Source: Rhizaria sp. SCN 62-66
Taxonomy: Eukaryota
DNA: 42,433 nucleotides
Assembly: GCA_001724265.1 (NCBI GenBank)
Contig: MEDY01000266.1
Span: 1-42,433 of the forward strand
Direction: 5' to 3'
Shown in pieces: positions 32,901 to 42,433 of this stretch (position 1 is its first letter; each line of letters begins with the position of its first letter). Made by a program: the position numbers and the translations under genes. The notes under the pieces were generated by a model. It saw nothing but the letters and a program-made list of their open reading frames with translations, searched no databases and was not told the origin of the DNA.

Positions 32901-35900
32901 ACGCCGGCGCGGGCGCGGGCGCGGGCGGGCGGGCGCCGCGCGGCGCCGGCTTTGCGGCCGGCAGTGACAGCGATAATAACAGCGACGGCGGCGGCGGCGG
33001 CGCGGACGGACGGCGCATGCACAGCTTCGGCGACGGCGGCCCGCTGACGAACCCCCACAGCAGTCTTAGCGCGCGCCCCGGCGGCTTCAACAGCGGCGCC
33101 CCGCCCAGCCTCTTTGGCGGTGGGCTCTCGGCCATCACGCCCATTTCGTCGAGCGTGGTCGCGACCTCGCGTTCACAGCAACGGCGCAACATGCACGACT
33201 CGTACGTGTCCAACAACGCCGGGCTCAACAGCTCCACCATGACGGGCTCCTCCGTCTTCATGGGCTCGGGCCAGTGGCGCGTGCCGCCTGCCTCGCTCGT
33301 ATCCACAGCCACTGGGCTCCCGCTCTCGGCCGACAGCAGTAACCCGCAGCAGGGGCCCAACGGCATCGTCGTGCTGGGGGACGACGGCCAGCCGGTTGCC
33401 GGCACCGGCGCCGGAGCGAGCGCCGGCGCGTCCGGCCGCACGCCCACGCTCTCGGCGCGCGGGCTCGGCAACGGCAGCTCCAGCAGCGGCGGCGGCCACA
33501 TGACGGTGGTGCCGGCGATGGTGCAGGTCATGTCCCTGGTGGACCTGGTCGAGGAGGTCGAGATCGTCGACACGAGCACACACGCCAACTCTGCCGGCGC
33601 CGGCTTCGGCCGCACCAACACGACGACCAGCGGCGGCAGCAGCAACGGCGGCGGCACCACAGGCACCAACGGCAGCAGCGCTGGCGTCGGGTCCGTCGCC
33701 TCGTCCTCGGCCGCCGCGGCCGCCGCGGTCGCCGCCGCCGGTCTGTCTGGCGAGCACGTGGCCCTGGGCTGCGAGACGGGCGTGCTGACCGTGGTCGACA
33801 CGTCGCGCCCGCGCTACAGCGACGGCCACGGGCACACGCATGGGCGCGATCCACACCGCGGCCGGCTGCACAATAGAGTCAGCGACACGGCGGCCGACGA
33901 CGATTACGGCGGCAACCGTCACCGCGGCGGCCACAGCGACGACGAGGACGACGACGACGGCAGCGGCGCCAACGGCCGCTTCGCGCAGAACCGCACTCTG
34001 AGCGTCGACGTGAGCGCGACTCAGGACGGCGCGTACTTCCCCGCCGCGGCCGCCACGGCCCCCGCCGTGGTAGGCCCCACGGTCACGGTCACCGGTCCCG
34101 ACGGCGCGCCCATCGCCGCCCTCGGCCTGACTGGCGCCGCCGCCGGCACTCTCGGCAGTGCTGGTGCCGCGGGCGCGGCCGCCGGGCCCTTGACGGTGCC
34201 GCACAGCGCCGCGCTCGCGGGCACCGGCGTCCCCGGGCCTGGCGCCGCCGCCGCTGCTACGGCCGCGGGCGGCGGCGTGGCCGCGGCCCCCGCGCTGGCG
34301 CCGCTGACGACGGGCGACGACGACGAGGCGCGCGACACGCTGACTCCGCTGGCGAGCTTCCGCCGCACGCACTCGTTCGGCGCGCTGGGCTCGCCGCGCT
34401 CGCTTGCGCAACAGCAGCAGCAGCAGGTCGCCGCCGCGGCCGCCGCGGCCGCCGCAGCCGCCTCCGCCGCTGCGCTGGCCACCGTGACGGACTCCCCCGC
34501 GAACGGCGCTGACGGCGCGGCGGCGACGCCGTCGTCGGTGGCGGGCGGCGGCAGCGTGTTCATGCCTCAGCTGGAGACGCCGATGGAGGGTTCCGAAGAG
34601 GAGGAGGCTGAGGCCGAGGCCGCGGCCGCGAGGCTCGCTGCCGCCACGGCCGCGGCGCAGAGCGGCTCGACGCGCTCAATGTCCAACGTCTCCGCCGCGT
34701 CCGCGTCGGCCTCCGCGCCGCTGTCCACCTCGGCATCGGCTTCGGCGCCCGCGTCTGTGTCGGATTCCGCTGCCTCGGCCTCGGCCTCGGACGCCGCGGC
34801 CCTCGCGCTTGCCTCGGGCGCCGCGGTATCCGCTGCCGCCGCGGCCGCGGTGGCCGCCGTGCCTCCGCTGGCGCTGCCGGCGCCGTCGCCGCCGCTTGAG
34901 GCGGGCGCGCTGCCTCCGCGCCAATCGGAGTCCGACCTGGCCTCGCTGCCGCCGCCAGACCTGGAGTCGTCATTGCACTCCTCGGCGTCAGCGTCTGCCT
35001 CCGCGTCCGCGTCTGCGCCCGCGCCCACCTCGTCCTCCACGTCCACTATCCCCCCCGTCGGCGCAGCGGCCGCCGGTGCCGGTGCCGTCGTAGTGGACGC
35101 GGCACTCGGCGTCGGTCTCGGTCCCCTCGCTCCCGGCCCCCACGGCCACTCCAGCGCCAATGCAGGCGAGGGCGGCAACCACGCGTCGCGCGGCGTGCTG
35201 GCGATGGTGCAGCGCAGTCGCTCGGTCAGCGGCGGCTACGACGGCGACGAGTACGACTCGGACCGCGGCACGCCCTTCTACCCGCCCGGCCCCCACGGGC
35301 TGCCGCTTTCGGGCCAGACCGCCGCGCTCGGCGGCTCCGGCGCCAACGGCCCCGGCGGGCCCGGCGTGGGCGGCGGCGCGGGCGCGGGCGCGACGGGCGG
35401 ACTGGTCTGGCATACGCGCGCGCGCAGCCATAGCGCCACAGTCACCAACAACGGCGGCGTCGGCGTTGCCGCCGGCGTCAACGGCGAGAGCGGGTACTTG
35501 CTCACCAGCATCAACGGCTACGGCGATATGTACAACGCCAACGCCACCGCGCCGCCCCTGTCTGCCGCCGCGGTCGCCGCCGGCGCTACCAACGGTGCCG
35601 GTGTCGGCGCGGCCGGGACGGAGGCGCCGCTGGGCACTGGCTTCTCGCCTTCACTCGCTCACCCGTACTCTCTGCTGAACAACCAACAACAGCAGCCGCC
35701 GCAGATGTTGCCACAGCAGCAGCCTCTGCTGTCGACTTCTCTTGCTGGTGCGGGCGCCATTGACGTGTCCCTAGCGACGCCCGCCATGACGACGGCGTCC
35801 GACTCGCAGAACACGCCCGCTGCGACTGCTGCCGCTCCTGCTCCTGCTGATGCGACCGTGGCTGCTGCTACAGTTGCTGCTGCTGGTCCTGCTGCCGCTA

Positions 35901-37817
35901 GCGCTGTTGACGGGAATGCGAACGACCGCGACAAGCGCAACCGTAACGGCGGTCATCGCCGCAGCTCACGGTCCCGCTCACAATCGCGCTCAGGATCCCG
36001 TTCTCGCTCACGGTCGCGCTCACGGTCGCCTCGCACCGGTGCGCATACCCAGAGCCATGCCCACGGTCACTGCGCCGAGTGCGAACGCACTGCACACAAC
36101 CACTCGCACTCGTTCGCCCACGGTCACGGCCACGCTGCTGCTGCTGCCGCTGCTCACGGTCACCCCGCGCACGCGCACGCGCACGGTCTCGGTCACCCTG
36201 CGCACGCTGCCCACGGTCTCTTTCCCGGCCACGGCGCCGCCATGTGCCCGCTGTGCCCGCCGCCGCAGCAGCCGCCCTGCTGGGCCTGTCTTGGCGTCAA
36301 CGCGGGCTGGTTCCCGCCGATGTCGCTCCACTACGGGCACAGCCTCTACGGTCACGCCCACGGACACGCCCACGGTCACGCTCACGGTCACCCAATGCAT
36401 CCCGCGGCCGCGGGCCCCGGCGTGTTCGCCGCAGTGCCCGGGTGTCCTTGCGCCACGTGTGCCGCCGCGACCGCCTCCGCCGCCGCCGCTTCCGCCGCGG
36501 CCTCGGCGACGCACGCGCAACACGTCCTGTCGCAGTCGCTCGCCGCCGCCCTCCCCAGCGCCAATAGCGCCATGAGCGGCGCGAGCAGCAACACCGCGGC
36601 CGCGGCGACGCACGGCGAGGCGCTGACCGGCAACGCGCTCGCCCTCAGCCAGACGCTGACACAGGACGCGCACGCCGGCCCCGCCGCCGAGGCGCCCCCG
36701 TCCCCGCGCTCGCGCGGCTGGGCGGGTTGGGTGCCGCTCAACGGCAACGGCAACAACGCCGACGGCTACGGTCCCGCCAGCGAGCCCGCCGCGGCGACCT
36801 CCCTCGCCATGCGCAGCAACGACAACGGCGCCAGCGGGGCGAACGGCCGCGGCCGCGCGTCGATGCCGGCCTTCTCGCCCGACTCGCTGCCGCCCTCGGC
36901 CCTCGCGCGCCGCGCCGCCGCCGTCCGCGCCGCCGCCGCCGCTGCCGCGGCCTCTGGCGCAGCGTCCGGCGGCGGCAGCGAGGCGTCCTCCGGCGGCGGC
37001 AAGCTGCGGTCGCGCGTCGGCCGCGACGCCAAGTGGACACAGTCACTGCGCGAGGGCATCTACTCGCCGCCGCCGCCGCTGCGCCGTCCCGCGACCGCGG
37101 GCAGCGCCAGCGGCCACAGCAACAGCTACTACTTGAACCACGAGAGCAACAGTGGGCTCAGCGCGGCCGCGAATGCAGCCCGCCTCGGCCGCCGCCGCGC
37201 CGCCGCGCAGTTCGCGACCACGGCCGTACCGTCGGCGCAGCTTCTGATCAGGCCGCCCCCGCTCGCGTCCCCGTCCGCGGTCGCCGCGACGCTGCCCACC
37301 GCGGCCGCCTCGGCCGTCGCGGGGTATGGCAGCGGCAGCCCCGGCGGCGACGTGGCCAAGATGCGGCGCATCCGCGCTGCGGCCGCCGCGGCCGTTGCGG
37401 CGCGCGCGGCGGCGCCCGTGGTCGAGGGCGGGGAGGACTTCCCCGACTTGGCCCCGGCCGGCGCAGCGTCTGCGTGGTCGCCTCTGGACCCCCCCGGGTC
37501 CCCGGTGTACATGCAGAGCAGCGGCTCGAACTCGCAGTTGAACTCGCAGTCGCATGCGTCGCCGCAGCCGCGGTCAGCGCGCGGTGCGGCCGGGAGTCCC
37601 AACGTCGTCGTGTCGCGTGTTGCGTCGCAGCGGCAGCAGCAGCGCTACCTCGACAGGGCGCAGGCTAACAACAATAGCAGTGGTAACCACAATGCGTCCA
37701 TGGGCAGTAGCGGCAGCTCGAGTGCGTTCGCTGACACGCTACCTTCAGCTCGTCCCCTTGCCATCGTCGCCGGCCCCGGCCCTGTCCTCAGCACTGCTGC
37801 TGCTCCCGCTCCCGCTG

Positions 37818-37854
<37 letters not shown>

Positions 37855-38263
37855 GACGCCCGCGTTGGGTGACTTGGCGTCGAACTTCGACTCCCTGTCT
37901 CAAAACTGGCACACTCCCACTAGCATCACTGCTGGCACGGGTGCTGTCACTGCCAACGGTGCGCCGCGGCCCTCCGCCGCAGCCGTTGACGCGCGCATCG
38001 CCCGCGCCATCCGCACCGGGCTCACCCCTAACGCTGTCGCCGCTGCAAGCGGCAGAGTGCCGCGGCGCGCGCCCCCCGCGGGCCCGCGCGACGGCGTGGC
38101 TGCCACGCCCCGCGCCGCCGCCGCCAACGCCGCCGCCGCTGCCGCCGCTGCCGACGCTGGACGGGGCCGCCCGAGGTCTGCCGCGCCCGCCGCTGCCGCT
38201 CCAGGCTACGGCGGCTACAGCGACGACGCCTACGCTGCGTACGGCGCTGTTGGCGGGGGTAAT

Positions 38264-38295
<32 letters not shown>

Positions 38296-38857
38296 GGAGA
38301 CGCTTGAGCAGGCGCGGGCGCGGTCGCGCTCGCAATCGCGCGTGCAGCTGCAGGCGTACTTGGCCGACCAGCGGGCAGCCATCCGCAACAAGCAACAGCA
38401 GCAGCAGCAGCAACAGCAGCAGCAAACTCAGTCGACCGACTCTGTGAATGAGTCCCAGCCTGAGTCTCAGCCGCACTTGACCCGCGCTGTCTCTGCCGTG
38501 CCCGCGTTCGTGCCCGCTCTGGCTCTGCCCTCTCAGTCCCAGCCGTCGCAGTTGCCGCTGGACGGGACCGGCATCGCCAGTCTGTTCGACCAGCCCTCCG
38601 CTCTCACTGTCGTTAACAACAACAACAACGGTGGCAGAAATACCGGCAACACGAAGAGCGACGACGACTACGGCGTGAGCTACGGCGCCCTGATGAGCGA
38701 CGACGCCGACATCTCTGCCATCACAGCTGTCACTGCGCCGCCAACCGCGAATGCCGCGGCCAAGAGCGGCGTTGGCGCGGTTGACGAGGCGGAGGAGGAG
38801 GAGGACGGGTTCGAGGTGATGTATAACACGTACCACGAGAGCGTTGACGCTATGTAA
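20924..38857 (+). CDS. Giant (~5980-6010 aa) largely low-complexity protein with split C2-like domain, dispersed helical repeats, and RS and His/Cys tracts
   Basis: ~18 kb without a stop in one frame and consistent GC3 codon bias; GC content drops right after TAA at 38857. First ATG is at 20924. A possible upstream exon MSQFESE (20668-20688, GAG|GTATAT) splices in frame to TTGCAG|20843. Confidence 0.85.
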
Positions 38858-39540
38858 CGACTGTTTGCTATTCCATAACACGATAGAACATCCGACAGAA
38901 GAAGAAAAATACCTGATACGCGATGTTTTTGTCAAAAATGTGAGTGATCTTTTGATTGATTTTGATTGTTTTTCAAAGTTTCTGTGCCAAGATTTGCACT
39001 AAACTTAAGCCTTTACCAAGTTAGTCCTGCTACTTTAGTTTCTAATTCACTGTATTAAAATACGTACTATTTAATAATACACATTGAGCTTTTCATTCAT
39101 TCATATTTGTGAAAGGCGCATAATAAACTCGTTCTTGAGACGATGAGATTATTGAGTATTGTGGCCAAAACGGTACGAGTAGACTGTATTACGATATTTT
39201 TCATTGATAGTACAGTTGCGCAAATAATTACAAAACAAGAGGAGAACAATAGTGCCACGAGTATCGAGCGCGAGCAGCATCTGTCGTATGAATATTATTA
39301 GTCGATTAGGGATATGCTTCAACTTCAGCGCGCGTCCTCCTTAACCATCTCGCTGACCACGGCCACAGCGTCCGCAGCGGAGGTCGCCGCGGCCGTGTGG
39401 GGCGCGACGGAGACCGGGACGGTCACGGCGGCGGGCGCGGCGGCGGCGGGGACGGGCTTGTTGATGAGCGTGAGGAGAGTAGCGCCAACACTGGGCACCT
39501 TGACCGAGGCCGCCGACTCAGTGAGGCTGCGCGGCACGTG

Positions 39541-40575
39541 CTAAGGGTGCGCAACGGCAGCGGTGTGCGAGGCGTGGACGGGGACGGGAGAGGCGTTCAG
39601 CGCATTCACCGCAGAGCCGTGCGCGAGCGTGGCGGCGGGGGGCGCGCCGCCGGCCAGCGCCAGCACGGCCGTCTGCTCACTGCCCGCGGCCGCGTGGCCG
39701 TGCGCACCGGCCGCGGCCGCGCTGCTGTGAGCGCCCTGATCGTGCCCGTGGCCGTGGCCGTTGCTGTGGCCGTTACTGTTGCTGTGGTCGAGCTCGTCGT
39801 GCTTGTGCATGTGCTGAGGGTACACCGCAATGTGCGTCACGTCAGCCGCCCCGTGCTCCCCGCCAGCCTCCGCGCCCGCGTCGGCGGGGCTCACGGCCGC
39901 CACGGCGGCGGCGATGGCCGAGGGCTTGTGCTGCACTGCCGCCAGCGGCTGCGGCAGCAGGATGTGCTTGCACACGCTGCCCTTGGGGGCAGTCAGCACG
40001 GCGCCCGGCGCGGCGCTGGGGATCTTGGCGCGCGCCTCGAGCGCCTCAATGCGCTCGACAAGGTGCTCGGTAAGCGCGATGTGGCCCAGCTGCTCGCGGA
40101 CGAGCTTGTCGTGCACGCTGGCAATCTTGGAGTCTTCGACGCCGATGAGGCGCTCCTCCAGCGCCAGTAAGCGCGAGCGGAGCGCGTCCTCGGCCTCGAT
40201 GGCGCGCATCTCGCGCGCGCGAGACTTCTCGATCATCGCCAGCTCCTTGTCGATGGCCGCGGTGCGGTCCGCCATCGTCTTGCGGTAGACTTCGGCGGCG
40301 ATGGCGACGAGACCGACGGTGAGGACCAGGGCCTCGGAGATGGTGTCGGCGCCCTGCTTGACGGCCTCGTCCTCCATCAGCGGCTTGATCGACTTGACGT
40401 GGTGGCCCGTGGAGCGGAGTTGGATGTGAATCATGACTTTGTTGTGGAACTGACCGAAGTTGAAGAAGGCCGTGCGCAGCGGACCGGGGTTGGCGGCTGC
40501 CTGCTTGAGCTGGTTCGAGAGGGGCTTGATGAGCGCCTTGATGATCAGGGTCGCAACCTTAAGAGTGACGGCCAT
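39541..40575 (-). CDS. OPA3: OPA3-like mitochondrial protein, 344 aa to the first stop; probable C-terminal continuation to 39325
   Basis: N-terminus LKVATLIIKALIKPLSNQLKQAA...GQ..N...IKPLMEDEAVKQGADTISEALVLTV.....AAEVYR matches the OPA3 family, followed by coiled coil and a low-complexity tail. Confidence 0.9.
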   Translation of the reverse strand: MAVTLKVATLIIKALIKPLSNQLKQAAANPGPLRTAFFNFGQFHNKVMIHIQLRSTGHHVKSIKPLMEDEAVKQGADTISEALVLTVGLVAIAAEVYRKTMADRTAAIDKELAMIEKSRAREMRAIEAEDALRSRLLALEERLIGVEDSKIASVHDKLVREQLGHIALTEHLVERIEALEARAKIPSAAPGAVLTAPKGSVCKHILLPQPLAAVQHKPSAIAAAVAAVSPADAGAEAGGEHGAADVTHIAVYPQHMHKHDELDHSNSNGHSNGHGHGHDQGAHSSAAAAGAHGHAAAGSEQTAVLALAGGAPPAATLAHGSAVNALNASPVPVHASHTAAVAHP

Positions 40576-41487
40576 GGTGAAGAGAAAGTAGCAGCAGCAA
40601 AAACAGCGGTAGTGGCAAGCAGCAGAGCGAAAAAAAAGAGGAAGAAGCGGGGACTGCTAGGGTGTCGGACACTGACAAGTGTTTTGGTCTTGTGGTGGGA
40701 CGGCGACCGAGACTCTTACTGGAGATTGTTGGTGCCCAAGAAAGGCGAGAAAGTGGGTGTCTAAGATACAGTCGGTATAAAAACAGGAATCAATGCCAGG
40801 AAAATGAGTTATTTTGCAATGATGTGTTCAGGGAGGCGTTATATGACAGAAAGGGATGAGTGTACGGGGTTCGGGATATCGGGAGCAGATGGCGTTATTA
40901 AGCGTTTTTGAAGGGGAAGATCAACGCGCCAAGAAAAGATACTTCACGAAGGGTATTATCGCATGACGGCAGATACGGTTGCAAGGTTGGCATTTCGTTA
41001 TGAGTCACTGGTATGACTCACAATAGGGGTGATTGTTAGATGCCGAATCGATGAGTATGCGGCAGGAAAGGAAGGTCCATAGCGAGTGCTCAAGCGTTCG
41101 TGTTGGAGATAGTAAATTAGGAAGGCATTAAACACCAAATCATCAAGCGGGTATGCGCTATTTCATAGACATTCACGTTCCAGCAGAGGCTCAGTAGACT
41201 TCCAAAGCCGATGCTTTAGCCGATCCTTGGAGTCCGCGGCCCGCGCGAGATGGTATCGAGCCGTTGTGGGTGCGCACTATTTCAGATGCTTTGATATCTG
41301 CTCTCGGATCGATGTTTGAAAATTTATAGCATCAAAACAAAACGGCACCTCACCGATAATTTGACCACGAATTTATACTTTTAATATCTTTGTTATAGCT
41401 TGCTATTTTTGCAACCCCGACAGCGCTTTCTTCGATTGAACAAGTTAGTTTCCCAGTTTTCCCCTTTCTAACACTCCCGCAGCCATA

Positions 41488-42433
41488 ATGGCTCAGCGCG
41501 CTCCACCCAGCGGCGACCCGCTCCCTCCCGATGCGGCCCCTATTAAGCGCGGCCCCGGTCGCCCGCGCAAGCAGCCTGCCGACGCCGCACCACTGCAGGA
41601 CGTGAAGCGCTCTCGCACGGCGACAGCGGCAGCAGCAGCTGGGTCTGGCGATGCATCTGACACCGACACTCTAGTCCCCGCGTTCGGCCGCGGCCGCGGC
41701 AGCCCCCGCAGTCCCGGTGCGGCCCGCAACTCCCCGGCCGGCACCGCCGCGGCCGACGGCACCCCCAGGCGGGCGCACTGGGCAGCCCGCACCTTCGACG
41801 ACGACGGCGAGGACTCGCCACGAAACAACGCTCGCGCCGCTGCAAGCGCCACTGGCACTCCCAGTGGCGCTGCCGCTGCCAGTGTGAAGCGCTCTCCGGG
41901 GCGCCCGCGCAAGAACCCCCTCACAGGTGCCGCTAACTCAAGCATGACCAACGACGACAGCGACGCTGCCGCCAGCGCAAGTGCTAGTATCGCCAGTACG
42001 AGTGCGAGTGCGCGTGCAAGTGCGAGCGGTCATGACGCGGAGCACAGCGGCCGTGGCCGGGGCCGCGGTCGGGGCCGCGGCAGGGGCGCGGGCCGTGCGG
42101 TTCTTTTGTCCAGTCCGAGGCGGCGCGTCCTCAACGACGACGACGATGACGACTGCGATGTGTTCGTTGGCGGCGACTCAGTTGATGACGACTCAGCCGA
42201 GGACGACGGTACTGACTTCGGCCACAGCGTCTCCGAGAGCAGCGACGACAGCAGCAGCGGCAGCGGCAGCGACAGCGACAGTTCTGTGAACGCCAACGAT
42301 AGTGACAATGACGAGGACGACTATGGCAGCAGTGGCCGACCGCGCGGTCCGGGCCGCAGCCCCCGCGGCGGGCGCGGCGGGCGCGGCGGGCGCGGCGGGC
42401 GCGGGGGCCGCGGGGGCCGGGGCGGGCGCGGCG
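41488..42433 (+). CDS. AT-hook and RGG-containing nuclear protein, 5' part, truncated by window end
   Basis: ATG at 41488 opens a frame to the window end (absent from the ORF track because it has no stop): MAQRAPPSGD...KRGPGRPRK...KRSPGRPRK...GRGRGRGRG...acidic D/S tract...(RGG)n. Confidence 0.8.
   Translation, partial: MAQRAPPSGDPLPPDAAPIKRGPGRPRKQPADAAPLQDVKRSRTATAAAAAGSGDASDTDTLVPAFGRGRGSPRSPGAARNSPAGTAAADGTPRRAHWAARTFDDDGEDSPRNNARAAASATGTPSGAAAASVKRSPGRPRKNPLTGAANSSMTNDDSDAAASASASIASTSASARASASGHDAEHSGRGRGRGRGRGRGAGRAVLLSSPRRRVLNDDDDDDCDVFVGGDSVDDDSAEDDGTDFGHSVSESSDDSSSGSGSDSDSSVNANDSDNDEDDYGSSGRPRGPGRSPRGGRGGRGGRGGRGGRGGRGGRG
42364..42433 (+). repeat. 9-bp coding minisatellite (CGCGGCGGG)n encoding RGG repeats
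   Basis: Directly visible tandem units running off the window end. Confidence 0.85.

Noticed and set aside
33740-33810. EHVALGCETGVLTVVDT resembling a WD40 blade
   Set aside because: Single isolated fragment; no further blades found to build a propeller.

Overview
Nuclear DNA of a unicellular, probably flagellated eukaryote. GC-rich coding regions full of Ala/Gly/Asn low-complexity inserts alternate with short AT-rich spacers, and GT-AG introns are sparse. The window is not prokaryotic and has no CRISPR array or recognisable transposase. In order: 3' end of RPL26; a 2-exon, ~5x expanded CEP19; a 2-exon ~1142-aa protein with an MGGCGS lipidation start; an AT-rich island (~7.4-11.9 kb) with three identical tRNA-His(GUG), one tRNA-Lys(CUU), a pseudogene and repeat debris; a likely mitochondrial OGFr-domain protein; TIP41/TIPRL ending in -KKGCC; a secreted Gly/Trp/Arg-rich peptide; GDP-L-fucose synthase; mitochondrial bL34; an 18-kb uninterrupted ORF (~6000 aa) with a split C2-like domain; OPA3; and the start of an AT-hook/RGG protein. 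Most interesting: (1) OPA3 has the only TAG stop in the window and coding-like sequence continues in frame for 71 codons (readthrough, UAG reassignment, or a cryptic 69-nt intron); (2) seven genes have a splice-acceptor signature 0-12 nt before the ATG (5'UTR introns or spliced-leader trans-splicing); (3) the giant protein; (4) the secreted GW-rich peptide and its decayed inverted paralog. All family calls are from recall of motifs; no searches were run.
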